Shown: positions 1-8,432 of the stretch, one piece after another
Layout of the letters: each line of letters opens with the position of its first letter
Numbering within the stretch: position 1 is the first letter of the stretch
Source of the DNA: a virus
Virus record (IMG/VR): IMGVR_UViG_3300008255_000025
DNA: 45,413 nt
Direction: 5' to 3' (one strand)
Made by a program: the position numbers and the translations under genes
The notes under the pieces: model-generated
What the model was told of the DNA's origin: nothing
The model's input: the letters and a program-made list of their open reading frames with translations, nothing else
Databases searched by the model: none

Positions 1-123
1 ATCAGGAATTTTCTGGTTTACGGCATATTGGCTTCGTCCAGTTATAATTTCTCGATTGCGCGCAACAATATTTATTCTTGTGACCAAGCGGGCGCGGCCA
101 ATGCTTACGGCATTTCAGCAACC
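1..123. repeat. Terminal direct repeat copy 1. Identical to 45291-45413, so this is the end overlap of a circular or circularly permuted genome with unique length 45290 bp.
   Basis: Both ends read atcaggaattttctggtttacggcatattg...gcatttcagcaacc in the same orientation. Confidence 0.95.
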
Positions 124-1248
124 GGCAATGTCGCTGCTGGCTCCCCTCAATTGCGAAACCGTATCGAAGGAAACATGATTGTAGGCGTCCCATCTTGGGA
201 TGGCATTATGTCGCATCAGGTCAGCAATATCGTTATTTCCGGGAATCTAATATCGGACGTTCGTTGTGGTATTGATTTGACCACCAGCGATGAAGTTATC
301 AACGATATTGTTATCTCTAACAACCAAGTCACTCTAACCACAACAGACACTTTTGCTGGTGCTGCCGCCCTTCATAACGGTATCTTGGTCACAGCGGAAA
401 GCCCCGCCGTAACAGTTCAGGGCGTCGTTATCAGTAACAACATCATCATTGGTGCCAACAAGATGACCGGCTACACTTACGGCGGCAATAATCGCGGCGC
501 TATAGGGCTGGAAAATGTCGCCAATGCTACTGTCATTGGGAATATTATCAGGGACTTGGGGAATATCGACACTTCTTATGGCGGTGTCTTTCTGTATAAA
601 CCCGGAGATAGTGTCACTGTTACAAAAAACACCTTTTCCGGTAGTTTTGCGGGCCATCCAATAACGGTCCAGCAGCTTGACGGCTCAGCCACTTGCGACC
701 AGCTTTCTCTCACTGGAAACAAAGCCAAATCAACCGCCACCCCATCAGCGCATATCCGCTTTTTCTCCGGCGCGTTCACCAATCTTTCGGTCACGGACAA
801 TGTTGGTTTTGTAAGCCCAATGCCATACATCCTTAACGGAACCACTCCAAGCGTCACTATGGCCAACGGCCCCATGCTGTTTACGCCGGAGCTTAAATTT
901 GGCGGCGCGAATACCGGCCTTACTTATCTGCAACAGCAAGGCATTACCGAACGGCGCGGGAACAAAGTCACCGAGCAAATCTATATCAGGCTGACTGCCA
1001 AAGGATCATCGACAGGCAACGCCACAATCACCGGCAGCCCATATACGGCGGCATCAACGCTAGCCTATGCGGCGGGCACTTGCTTTGCCGATGCTCTGGC
1101 TACGATTACGGGGCCGGTTATGCCAGTAAAACAGGGAGCTCTGGACATAATTCAATTATTTCAGGGGCCGACCGGCAATACAACTCTGACGGACGCTAAT
1201 TTCACAGATGCGTCGATCCTCGCCAGCACAATTGAATATGTCGTCTAA
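1..1248 (+). CDS. Tailspike/tail fibre, C-terminal part, with a right-handed beta-helix (pectate-lyase-like). Continues in frame from 44451-45290 across the junction, about 695 aa in total.
   Basis: The frame is open from base 1, which is a codon start and matches the frame of the ATG at 44451. Repeated beta-helix rungs are visible (NNIYSCDQAG.., ISGNLISD, ISNNQV, ISNNIIIG, VIGNIIRD). Stop at 1246-1248. Confidence 0.85.
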   Translation: MRNFLVYGILASSSYNFSIARNNIYSCDQAGAANAYGISATGNVAAGSPQLRNRIEGNMIVGVPSWDGIMSHQVSNIVISGNLISDVRCGIDLTTSDEVINDIVISNNQVTLTTTDTFAGAAALHNGILVTAESPAVTVQGVVISNNIIIGANKMTGYTYGGNNRGAIGLENVANATVIGNIIRDLGNIDTSYGGVFLYKPGDSVTVTKNTFSGSFAGHPITVQQLDGSATCDQLSLTGNKAKSTATPSAHIRFFSGAFTNLSVTDNVGFVSPMPYILNGTTPSVTMANGPMLFTPELKFGGANTGLTYLQQQGITERRGNKVTEQIYIRLTAKGSSTGNATITGSPYTAASTLAYAAGTCFADALATITGPVMPVKQGALDIIQLFQGPTGNTTLTDANFTDASILASTIEYVV

Positions 1249-1254
1249 TGACAA

Positions 1255-1677
1255 ATGAGAGTTAAAAATAGTAATATGCAAACCGAAATAAACTCTAAAA
1301 ACCTTTCTAAAGCATTAGAAAAACACCCTTTCATTAATGATGATTTTGATCTAAATGTTTGGTTGTCGTCTAATAACATTGTTATTCAAGACGGCGAGAA
1401 TTACGCACTGTTTGAAAATACTCGGGACGGAGTTTATGAAGGTCATTATCTTTTCCAAGACGCTCGTGGGAAAAGGGCAATAACTCTAGCAAATAAAATT
1501 ATCAACTACTTCTTTACTACTTTTGATGTAAAAGTTTTGATTGGTAAAGTTCCTCTCCAACAAAGAGGAGCAAGATGGTTGACTCGCCAATTGGGCTTTA
1601 AATCCTTAGGCGCTATAGAAACAATAGACGGGGATTGTGAGTTGTTCTTACTAACCACCTTAGATCGGAGACCATAA
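1255..1677 (+). CDS. GNAT-like small acetyltransferase-fold protein. AT-rich moron downstream of the tailspike.
   Basis: 140-aa ORF. Motif-A-like ARGKRAITLANKIINYFF followed by GARWLTRQLGFKSLG. Composition is strikingly AT-rich (17 G/C in the first 66 nt by hand count). Confidence 0.6.
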   Translation: MRVKNSNMQTEINSKNLSKALEKHPFINDDFDLNVWLSSNNIVIQDGENYALFENTRDGVYEGHYLFQDARGKRAITLANKIINYFFTTFDVKVLIGKVPLQQRGARWLTRQLGFKSLGAIETIDGDCELFLLTTLDRRP

Positions 1678-1680
1678 ATC

Positions 1681-2430
1681 ATGGGTTTTCTAAAAAGTAA
1701 AAGTAAATCCAGTCAGCAGTCTCAGGCTACCAGTGAGTCTAAGAACCAAGCGTATCCTTGGATTCAGGAAAACTACGGCGGCACGGGGGCCAATGCCTAT
1801 CGGTCGTCTACGAACGCCATATCTAATCTACTTGGTCTTAATGGTCAACAGGGTTCCGATGAAGGGTTCCAGAGTTTCCTAGACAGCACAGGATATAAAT
1901 TCAATCTTGATACTGGTTCTAAGGCTATTACTGGTAATGCTGCTGCTGCTGGTCTTCTGAACTCAGGAGCTACTGCTAAGAGGCTTACTCAATACGGGCA
2001 AGAGCTAGGAAAGAATTACTTTAGTAACTATCTTGGACAGCTCTTTGGTCTTAACCAGAGTGGTCTTGGTGCTGGTCAACTTATCTCGGGAGCCGGTAAC
2101 ACGGCCCAAAGCCAGTCGACTTTTAGCGGAAAGAGCAATTCTTCTGAAGGTCTCGCTGCCGCAATTGGTCAAATGGCTTCTGCTGCTGCTGCTTCAGAAC
2201 GTAGACTTAAGAAAGATATTATCAAACTTGGCGAACTTGCTAATGGTCTTCCTATCTACGAGTTCACGTACAAGGACAGCGGTAAGAAGTCTGTTGGCGC
2301 AATGGTGGACGAGGTTGAGAAAATCTTCCCTGAAGCTCTTGGCTCTAAGATTGATGGTATTCAAACCGTTGACTACACCAAGATCAAAGAGTTTTATGTT
2401 CAGAGTGAAGGGGCACCTGTAAATGCTTAA
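1681..2430 (+). CDS. Short fibre-like virion protein with a C-terminal peptidase S74 intramolecular chaperone domain
   Basis: G/S/N/Q/A-rich N-terminal 170 aa, then ASERRLKKDI (Ser-x4-Lys autocleavage motif) and ..VGAMVDEVEKIFPEAL..VDYTKI, typical of the endosialidase/tail-fibre chaperone domain. Confidence 0.75.
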   Translation: MGFLKSKSKSSQQSQATSESKNQAYPWIQENYGGTGANAYRSSTNAISNLLGLNGQQGSDEGFQSFLDSTGYKFNLDTGSKAITGNAAAAGLLNSGATAKRLTQYGQELGKNYFSNYLGQLFGLNQSGLGAGQLISGAGNTAQSQSTFSGKSNSSEGLAAAIGQMASAAAASERRLKKDIIKLGELANGLPIYEFTYKDSGKKSVGAMVDEVEKIFPEALGSKIDGIQTVDYTKIKEFYVQSEGAPVNA

Positions 2431-3496
2431 CTTACAAGAACTTCTTCGTCAAGGGCAAATGTCACAGAATCAACCTGTGATTGAAGGTATCTCTAATAAT
2501 CGTGCAGATTATGGGGGCCCTTCCTCTGCGTCTTTTCAAGCACAGCCTAATGCAGCGCCTCCTCCTACGATGAGCGGCACGGCTCCTGATCTCTCTACTA
2601 TACTAACTCCTCCGGGGCAAATTCCCGGTGCGGGAGCTCCTGTAGCCCCTCAAATGGAGATGTCGGCGGCTCCCACTGCTCCTGTTGAAGAGCCTGTTGA
2701 CAATCGTCCTTCTGGTATGTTTGGAATGAAGGGAACTATTAGAGATATTATTGGCTCTATCGGAGATGCTCTTCTAGTACAAGGAGGTCGTAACCCTGTC
2801 TACGCTCCTCAGAAACGAGAGGAGAAACTCGGAGTGGCTATGCAAGGGTTCGATCAGGACCCTGAAGGAGCGATTGCTCGTATGCGACAACTAGGGTTCG
2901 GTAAAGAGGCTGCTGAAGCTCGTGAAGCGCTGATGAAGCAAAAGGCCGAACAGCAGAAACTTAGCTTCCTTCAGAGAAAAGAAGATCGAGAAGACCGAGA
3001 AGCTACTAATGAAGAGTACGAAGCTGGCCTTGATCTAGGTGGCCGTCTTGGCGCTGCTATGAACGAAGATAACTACCCTGCTATGAGGGAGCTTTACAAG
3101 AAGTTTTACGTTAGTCGTGGTATGGAACCACCTGTTAATCTTCCTGATGAGTACAATCCAGAAGCAGTTCAGAGTATAGTTGATCTTGGTGTAGATGCTG
3201 CTAAGCGCATGGAACTAGAGATTGCTAGGGCTAAAGCAGAAGACCTTGCTAAGTATCGTGATCGGTATCTTGGTATTCAAGAGAAGACTGCGGATAGTCT
3301 TGCGACTACTAGAGAAGCTACTATTGCTGACAAGGCCGTAGGAAGGGAAATCCAACGAGAAGCTGAAGTAGGTCGTAACACTCGTGCTGCTAACGCGCCT
3401 CCTAAGAAGGGTGAACGCCGTACTGGCACAGATGCTTCTGGAAAGAAAAGCACTAGAGAGTGGACAGGAACAAGATGGAAGCCGGTGGCTGACTAA
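2423..3496 (+). CDS. Internal virion/ejection protein candidate (Pro/Ala-rich N-terminus, highly charged coiled-coil C-terminus)
   Basis: 357-aa ORF whose start overlaps the upstream stop (ATGCTTAA). Sits between the fibre gene and the giant virion protein. No recognisable catalytic motif. Confidence 0.6.
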   Translation: MLNLQELLRQGQMSQNQPVIEGISNNRADYGGPSSASFQAQPNAAPPPTMSGTAPDLSTILTPPGQIPGAGAPVAPQMEMSAAPTAPVEEPVDNRPSGMFGMKGTIRDIIGSIGDALLVQGGRNPVYAPQKREEKLGVAMQGFDQDPEGAIARMRQLGFGKEAAEAREALMKQKAEQQKLSFLQRKEDREDREATNEEYEAGLDLGGRLGAAMNEDNYPAMRELYKKFYVSRGMEPPVNLPDEYNPEAVQSIVDLGVDAAKRMELEIARAKAEDLAKYRDRYLGIQEKTADSLATTREATIADKAVGREIQREAEVGRNTRAANAPPKKGERRTGTDASGKKSTREWTGTRWKPVAD

Positions 3497-6400
3497 TGGT
3501 ACAACAAGTAAAAGACACTTGGACCCCTGATCCAGTTCCCGCTTCTGCACCTGTGGCAGTCGAAGAAGACACTTGGGTCCCTGATAACAGTCCTGTAGTA
3601 GCGAAAGCTGCTCCTAAACCTGTGCCTACCCCAAAGGCAAAACCAGTAGGGCCTTCTCCTTTTCAAGATCGTGACCTGTACGGAGAGCTTCAACAGAAGT
3701 ACCCCGGTATAGGGCTTACATCTGGATACAGGGATAAGGAGTACCAAAGAAAAATGAAAGAGCGTGGGTATAAGCCTGCTGCTAATTCAGAACATCTTGT
3801 AGGTGACTCTATTGACATTAAGTCTTTTCCCGGCGGTCTTACACTAGCTCAAGGGGCCGCTCAGTTGCGCAAGCAATACCCTGAGGCTAAGATTATATAT
3901 GGGGATAAGAACCACAAAGATCACGTACACTTCTCTGCTCCCGGCTACGGAGCTTTCCCTGCCTTAGGAGGAGCCGCCGATGCAGGACTAAGTAATCCGA
4001 GTTATGCTCAAGCAGAGGACGGCTGGACGCCTTTCCCTGCTGCTAACGCCGCTGAACCCGCTGAACCATCAGAGAGTGAAACAGAAGAAGGTGAGACTGT
4101 CTCTCAGAGTCCTGCTGGTGTGACTATGGTAGGAGGTCTGCCAAAGGGTTCAGAGATTGAGTTCAACGTAGACAAAAATACTAATCAAATCTTCGACCGT
4201 GACAAATGGTTGATGGAAGAAAAAGGTTTTACTAGTGACGCTGAAGAAGAGTATGTTGCTTGGTTGAATGCTAACAGAGGTAACAAGAACATTGAGGCTG
4301 CTGATGTAGCAGAAGTGTTTAATCGACTAGCCCCTTCCAATCCTCAACCTGAAGAGGGGCATGAGAAACAAGCTGAACTTCTTAGAGAAGGTAAGCTTGT
4401 TTTTGGACCGTTTGATAGTAAGCCTGCTGAAGAAGAGTATCGAGCCAAACTACAAGAGATTATAGACAAAAAGGAGACTGGTAGTCAAGGAGACTATGCA
4501 GCTCTTACTGCCCAAGGTCTTATGTGGAATATGTCTGATGAAGCAGAGGGCTTGCTGGCGGGTGCTGGTGCTGCTCTCCAAGGAGAAGACCCTTCAGAAG
4601 CTTACGATCAGGCTCGTAACGTAGAACGCCTCAAACTCGAACAAGCAAGAGAGAACAAAGGAGGTCTCGGAACTGCTGCTGAAGTTGCTGCTTCTATTCC
4701 TACTGCTTTTGCCTTGCCTTTTGCAAACGCTAAGAAGGTGGCTGACTTGGCTAAAGCCGGTGCTGCTTCTGGCGCCGCTTACGGTTTCGGTCGTGGTAGC
4801 GGGTTAGGAGACAGTCTTGGGTCTGCTGCTATTGATGCGGCTACGGGTGCAATTGCTGCTCCTGCTATTGATAAAGTTGTAAAGAAGATTGCTACTCCTA
4901 TTGCTAGTAAGATAGGAAATAAGATCGACGATGTAGAAGATATTGTTGACGAAACAATTCCAATTATTGAACAACCAGCAACCCCTGTAGAGAAACTACA
5001 GAACGCTCTTGCAGAAGCTAAACCTCTCCGTGACGCACAAGACAAGCTTACTAAAGAGGCTCGTAAAGAACGAGCAGCTAAGCTTAAAGGTATTCAGTCT
5101 GCTGATAAAGGTGAGAGTGGATTCTTTAAATCTCTTGCTGCTTTGAAGGGAGAGCTTCCTAAGATAGAAGCACAGAGTATTCGTAATCAGTTCAGTCAAG
5201 ACGACTTAAATACCCTGTACGCGGCTATCCACGATGTAGAGGGTCTTGGTCCTTACGACGTACTTAATGCCCAGAAAGCTTTGACAAAACTGTTAGGGCC
5301 TGAGGGAGTTGGTGTGCCTACTGAAAGCGAGGCTGAACTTCTTTCAAAAATCTTTCCTGAAGACCTTATCAAGAACATCGGCAAGCTTCGTCCCGCTAAA
5401 GGGAAACTTAGAGAGGCTGCGGCTAACGCTCTGAACCTTCCTCGTGCTGTCATGTCTACTATGGATTTGTCTGCTCCGCTTAGGCAAGGTGTATTTACTG
5501 TCCGCCGCAAGGAGTTCTGGAAGAATTTTAAAACAATGTTCAAAGCTTTTGGCAGCGAGGACGCTTATAAAACTGTAATGAACGACATTGATAGTCGACC
5601 TTCTCGTGCTTTGATGGATGAGTATGGTCTGGCTGTTACAGGTCTTGACGGCCCTCTGGCTAAACGAGAAGAAGACTTCATGTCCAACTGGGCAGAGAAG
5701 ATTCCTGTGTTCGGAAAGGGCGCTAGAGCTTCTAATCGTGCATACACAGCCTTTCTTGCTAAGTTAAGGGCAGATGTTTTTGATGATCTTGTAAGCAAGA
5801 TGTCTAAAATCGACCCAGACTACATAGAAAATGATGAAGCTATGAAGTCTCTTGCAGGATATGTTAATAACGCCACAGGTCGAGGAAGCCTAGGAGGCCA
5901 TGAAGGTGCCGCTCCGTTGCTTAACGCTGCCTTCTTCTCTCCTCGTCTTATCTCTGCTCGTGTACAACTTCTCAACCCAGTCTATTATTATAATCTTCCA
6001 AAACCTCTTCGAGTAGAAGCTCTAAAGGATTTGGCAGCTTTTGGTAGTGTAGTTACTACAGTCCTTAGTCTTGCTAAGGCTTCGGGAGCAGAAGTAGAAA
6101 CAGACCCTCGCAGTTCTAACTTTGCTAAGATCAAGGTTGGAGATACCCGTTATGATATTCTAGGGGGTTTCCAACAGTACCTTAAACTAGCTGCTGTTCT
6201 TGCTACCAATACTTCTAAGACGGGTAAAGGAGAAGAGAAGGAATTAGGAGAAGAGTACAGAGGAGACACTCGACTGTCGACTCTAGGCGAGTTTGCTCGT
6301 AGTAAGCTTAGCCCTGTGGTGTCCTACCTGTACGATGCTCTTGAAGGAAAAGATTTCCTAGGTGAACCTTTCGATCCTGTAGAAGGTGCAGCAGAACGCT

Positions 6401-6831
6401 TTGTTCCTATGTTCCTTGGAGATATGGTCGAAGCCTTTAAGGAAGAAGGGCTCAAGGGCGCTGCTAAAACAGCTCCGGGTTTCTTTGGTGTAGGTGTATC
6501 TACTTACCCAACCCCCAAGGACTTTTTTGGGAACGTTGTAGAGCCTAGCGGAACTGATGATCCTGTTTATAAAGAAGTTGAATCTCTTGGTAAACAGAGC
6601 GAGATTATCGGGACTCCTTCTCGTACCGTAAACAAACGTAAGTTGACAGACGAGCAATACGATCAGTATAAAGAAGCGTCTGGTAAAGCTATCTACAATC
6701 AATTGAAACTTGAAATGCAACAACCTGAGTGGAAAAAGATGTCTACTACGGAAAAGAAAAACATAATTAAAGAAGTTAAAAAAGAAGAACGAGAGGCTGT
6801 TAGAGATGAGCTCTTCCCAGAACCAGAATAA
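3496..6831 (+). CDS. Giant internal virion/DNA-ejection protein with an N-terminal zinc D-Ala-D-Ala carboxypeptidase-like (peptidase M15) domain
   Basis: 1111-aa ORF. M15 signature GLTSGYRDKEYQ...NSEHLVGDSIDI...HKDHVHFS (SxHxxGxAxD ... HxH). The start overlaps the upstream stop (TAATG). Confidence 0.8.
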   Translation: MVQQVKDTWTPDPVPASAPVAVEEDTWVPDNSPVVAKAAPKPVPTPKAKPVGPSPFQDRDLYGELQQKYPGIGLTSGYRDKEYQRKMKERGYKPAANSEHLVGDSIDIKSFPGGLTLAQGAAQLRKQYPEAKIIYGDKNHKDHVHFSAPGYGAFPALGGAADAGLSNPSYAQAEDGWTPFPAANAAEPAEPSESETEEGETVSQSPAGVTMVGGLPKGSEIEFNVDKNTNQIFDRDKWLMEEKGFTSDAEEEYVAWLNANRGNKNIEAADVAEVFNRLAPSNPQPEEGHEKQAELLREGKLVFGPFDSKPAEEEYRAKLQEIIDKKETGSQGDYAALTAQGLMWNMSDEAEGLLAGAGAALQGEDPSEAYDQARNVERLKLEQARENKGGLGTAAEVAASIPTAFALPFANAKKVADLAKAGAASGAAYGFGRGSGLGDSLGSAAIDAATGAIAAPAIDKVVKKIATPIASKIGNKIDDVEDIVDETIPIIEQPATPVEKLQNALAEAKPLRDAQDKLTKEARKERAAKLKGIQSADKGESGFFKSLAALKGELPKIEAQSIRNQFSQDDLNTLYAAIHDVEGLGPYDVLNAQKALTKLLGPEGVGVPTESEAELLSKIFPEDLIKNIGKLRPAKGKLREAAANALNLPRAVMSTMDLSAPLRQGVFTVRRKEFWKNFKTMFKAFGSEDAYKTVMNDIDSRPSRALMDEYGLAVTGLDGPLAKREEDFMSNWAEKIPVFGKGARASNRAYTAFLAKLRADVFDDLVSKMSKIDPDYIENDEAMKSLAGYVNNATGRGSLGGHEGAAPLLNAAFFSPRLISARVQLLNPVYYYNLPKPLRVEALKDLAAFGSVVTTVLSLAKASGAEVETDPRSSNFAKIKVGDTRYDILGGFQQYLKLAAVLATNTSKTGKGEEKELGEEYRGDTRLSTLGEFARSKLSPVVSYLYDALEGKDFLGEPFDPVEGAAERFVPMFLGDMVEAFKEEGLKGAAKTAPGFFGVGVSTYPTPKDFFGNVVEPSGTDDPVYKEVESLGKQSEIIGTPSRTVNKRKLTDEQYDQYKEASGKAIYNQLKLEMQQPEWKKMSTTEKKNIIKEVKKEEREAVRDELFPEPE

Positions 6832-7474
6832 TAAAGAGCTAAGCCCCGGCATGTTGCAGGCTTTGACGGAACTCTTCGAGCAGCTTAAAGCTATTCTCGC
6901 TGAGATTAACCAAGAAGCAGAGCAACAGAAGCCGAGTGTCCTCACTAACAAAATCCTACTGGAACTAGTCTGCCATGAGGGTATTGTTCTTGAGGCTTAC
7001 AAGGACAGTAAAGGTATCTGGACATGGGGTGTCGGCGTAACTAATAAATCCGGCCACGGTGTATTACGTTACAAAGACAGGCCCCAGTCTCTCAAGCGAG
7101 TTATTGAAATATATAAGTGGCTGCTTGAGGCTAAATATCTGCCTGATGTTCTAGAGGCTTTCAGTGGGCGCGACCTCACTGAGGAGCAACTGGCTGCTGC
7201 ACTCTCTTTTCACTACAACACAGGAGCAATTGAAAAGGCTTCATGGGTGAAAAGCTTCATGCTGGGTAATCCAGATAAGGCTTACGTGGAGATTATGAAT
7301 TGGAGGTCTCCTCCTGAAATCATTCCACGCCGTAAAGCTGAGAGGGACCTTTTCTTTAAAGGTGAGTGGTCCAACGATGGTATGGCTACAGTTTATACTA
7401 AGGTTCGGAAACCTTCATACACTCCTGTATGGAAGTCAGCCGAGCGGATTGACATTTCAAAGGAGTTAGAATAA
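6806..7474 (+). CDS. Endolysin, glycoside hydrolase family 24 (phage lysozyme)
   Basis: HEGIVLEAYKDSKGIWTWGVGVT matches the E-x8-D-x5-T lysozyme catalytic motif. The 5' end overlaps the upstream gene by 26 nt. An alternative ATG at 6851 is possible. Confidence 0.8.
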   Translation: MSSSQNQNNKELSPGMLQALTELFEQLKAILAEINQEAEQQKPSVLTNKILLELVCHEGIVLEAYKDSKGIWTWGVGVTNKSGHGVLRYKDRPQSLKRVIEIYKWLLEAKYLPDVLEAFSGRDLTEEQLAAALSFHYNTGAIEKASWVKSFMLGNPDKAYVEIMNWRSPPEIIPRRKAERDLFFKGEWSNDGMATVYTKVRKPSYTPVWKSAERIDISKELE

Positions 7475-7908
7475 TGGGTATCCCAATAATCGGCGATATC
7501 ATCAACGCCGTAAAAGACCTAGCAGGCGAGGTAATCGTTGATAAGGACAAAAAGAATGAAATCCTGTACAAGGTTGAGCAACTTAAAGACCAAGCTGACC
7601 AAAGGTTCCACGATGAGCTCATGGGCCAGATCGAGGTTAACAAGGTTGAAGCTGCTCACTCAAGTGTATTTGTTGCAGGTTGGCGTCCTTTTATTGGTTG
7701 GGTCGGCGGGGTGGGCCTTGGCTACACTTTTGTCTTGGCTCCGTTCCTAGAAATCTTAGTCAAAACACTAGGCTATGCCGAACCCATGCCTGTAGTAGAC
7801 TCTACATCTCTAATGACGCTTGTGCTAGCTATGCTAGGTATTGGCGCACAAAGGTCTTGGGATAAAACTAAAGGTGTTGACACTAAGCAGATCGGCACCA
7901 AATCATGA
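7474..7908 (+). CDS. Holin, 3-TM GTA-type family
   Basis: MGIPIIGDIINAVKDLAGEVIVDKDKK... N-terminus followed by hydrophobic segments (VFVAGWRPFIGWVGGVGLGYTFVLAPFL, LMTLVLAMLGIG). Lies immediately after the endolysin with a TAATG overlap. Confidence 0.7.
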   Translation: MGIPIIGDIINAVKDLAGEVIVDKDKKNEILYKVEQLKDQADQRFHDELMGQIEVNKVEAAHSSVFVAGWRPFIGWVGGVGLGYTFVLAPFLEILVKTLGYAEPMPVVDSTSLMTLVLAMLGIGAQRSWDKTKGVDTKQIGTKS

Positions 7909-8159
7909 GGTTAGAAACATTGGACGATAAAGGTCGCGTACTTTCGCTGACAGCCCTTGAGAAAGCAGTAATCAGCCTCTTCTCTACAATCACGTTTGCC
8001 ATGCTTGCATGGGTAACTTTCACGACCAACCAAACCTCTAAGGACTTAATCGCTGTTCAGACTTCTATCGACTTTATCAAAGATGATACAAGAGTAGCTG
8101 ACCTCGCTAGGCGAGTGACTGAGCTAGAGAGATACCACAGAGGTAAGACTATAGAATAA
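7905..8159 (+). CDS. Membrane-anchored coiled-coil protein, possible spanin-like lysis accessory
   Basis: 84-aa ORF overlapping the holin stop (ATGA). One TM segment (VISLFSTITFAMLAWVTF) plus a charged helix. Last gene before the terminator. Confidence 0.5.
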   Translation: MRLETLDDKGRVLSLTALEKAVISLFSTITFAMLAWVTFTTNQTSKDLIAVQTSIDFIKDDTRVADLARRVTELERYHRGKTIE

Positions 8160-8183
8160 AATATTCAAATACAGTAGACAATA

Positions 8184-8225
8184 AAAGACCCTCGTAAGAT
8201 TAATTTCCTACGAGGGTCTTTTTTT
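8184..8225. terminator. Bidirectional rho-independent terminator between the convergent + and - arms
   Basis: aaaAGACCCTCGTAagattaatttccTACGAGGGTCTtttttt: an 11-bp perfect stem flanked by an A-run on the left and a T-run on the right. Confidence 0.85.
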
Positions 8226-8239
8226 ATGTTATGCCTAGA

Positions 8240-8431
8240 TTACCGTGTGAAAGGTTGAGTATTCTCTGCTGGCCATTCTGCGGCGGTAGTCTTTTCAGGA
8301 CCGCACTGACAGAGTTTAGGCTGGTCATACAGCTCTCGCTCTAGTATCTTGATGGCTAGAATTGTACTTGCAATATCGTAACCTTGAGCAACAAAGAACC
8401 GGATCAGTTCAGTTTTTTCGTAGTTTTCCAT
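8240..8431 (-). CDS. Hypothetical small protein (63 aa from MENYEKTEL)
   Basis: ATG at 8431 lies 1 nt downstream of the RNR stop codon and is preceded by GAGGTGG. The ORF-track start at 8461 would overlap the RNR gene. Confidence 0.55.
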   Translation of the reverse strand: MENYEKTELIRFFVAQGYDIASTILAIKILERELYDQPKLCQCGPEKTTAAEWPAENTQPFTR

Positions 8432-8432
8432 A

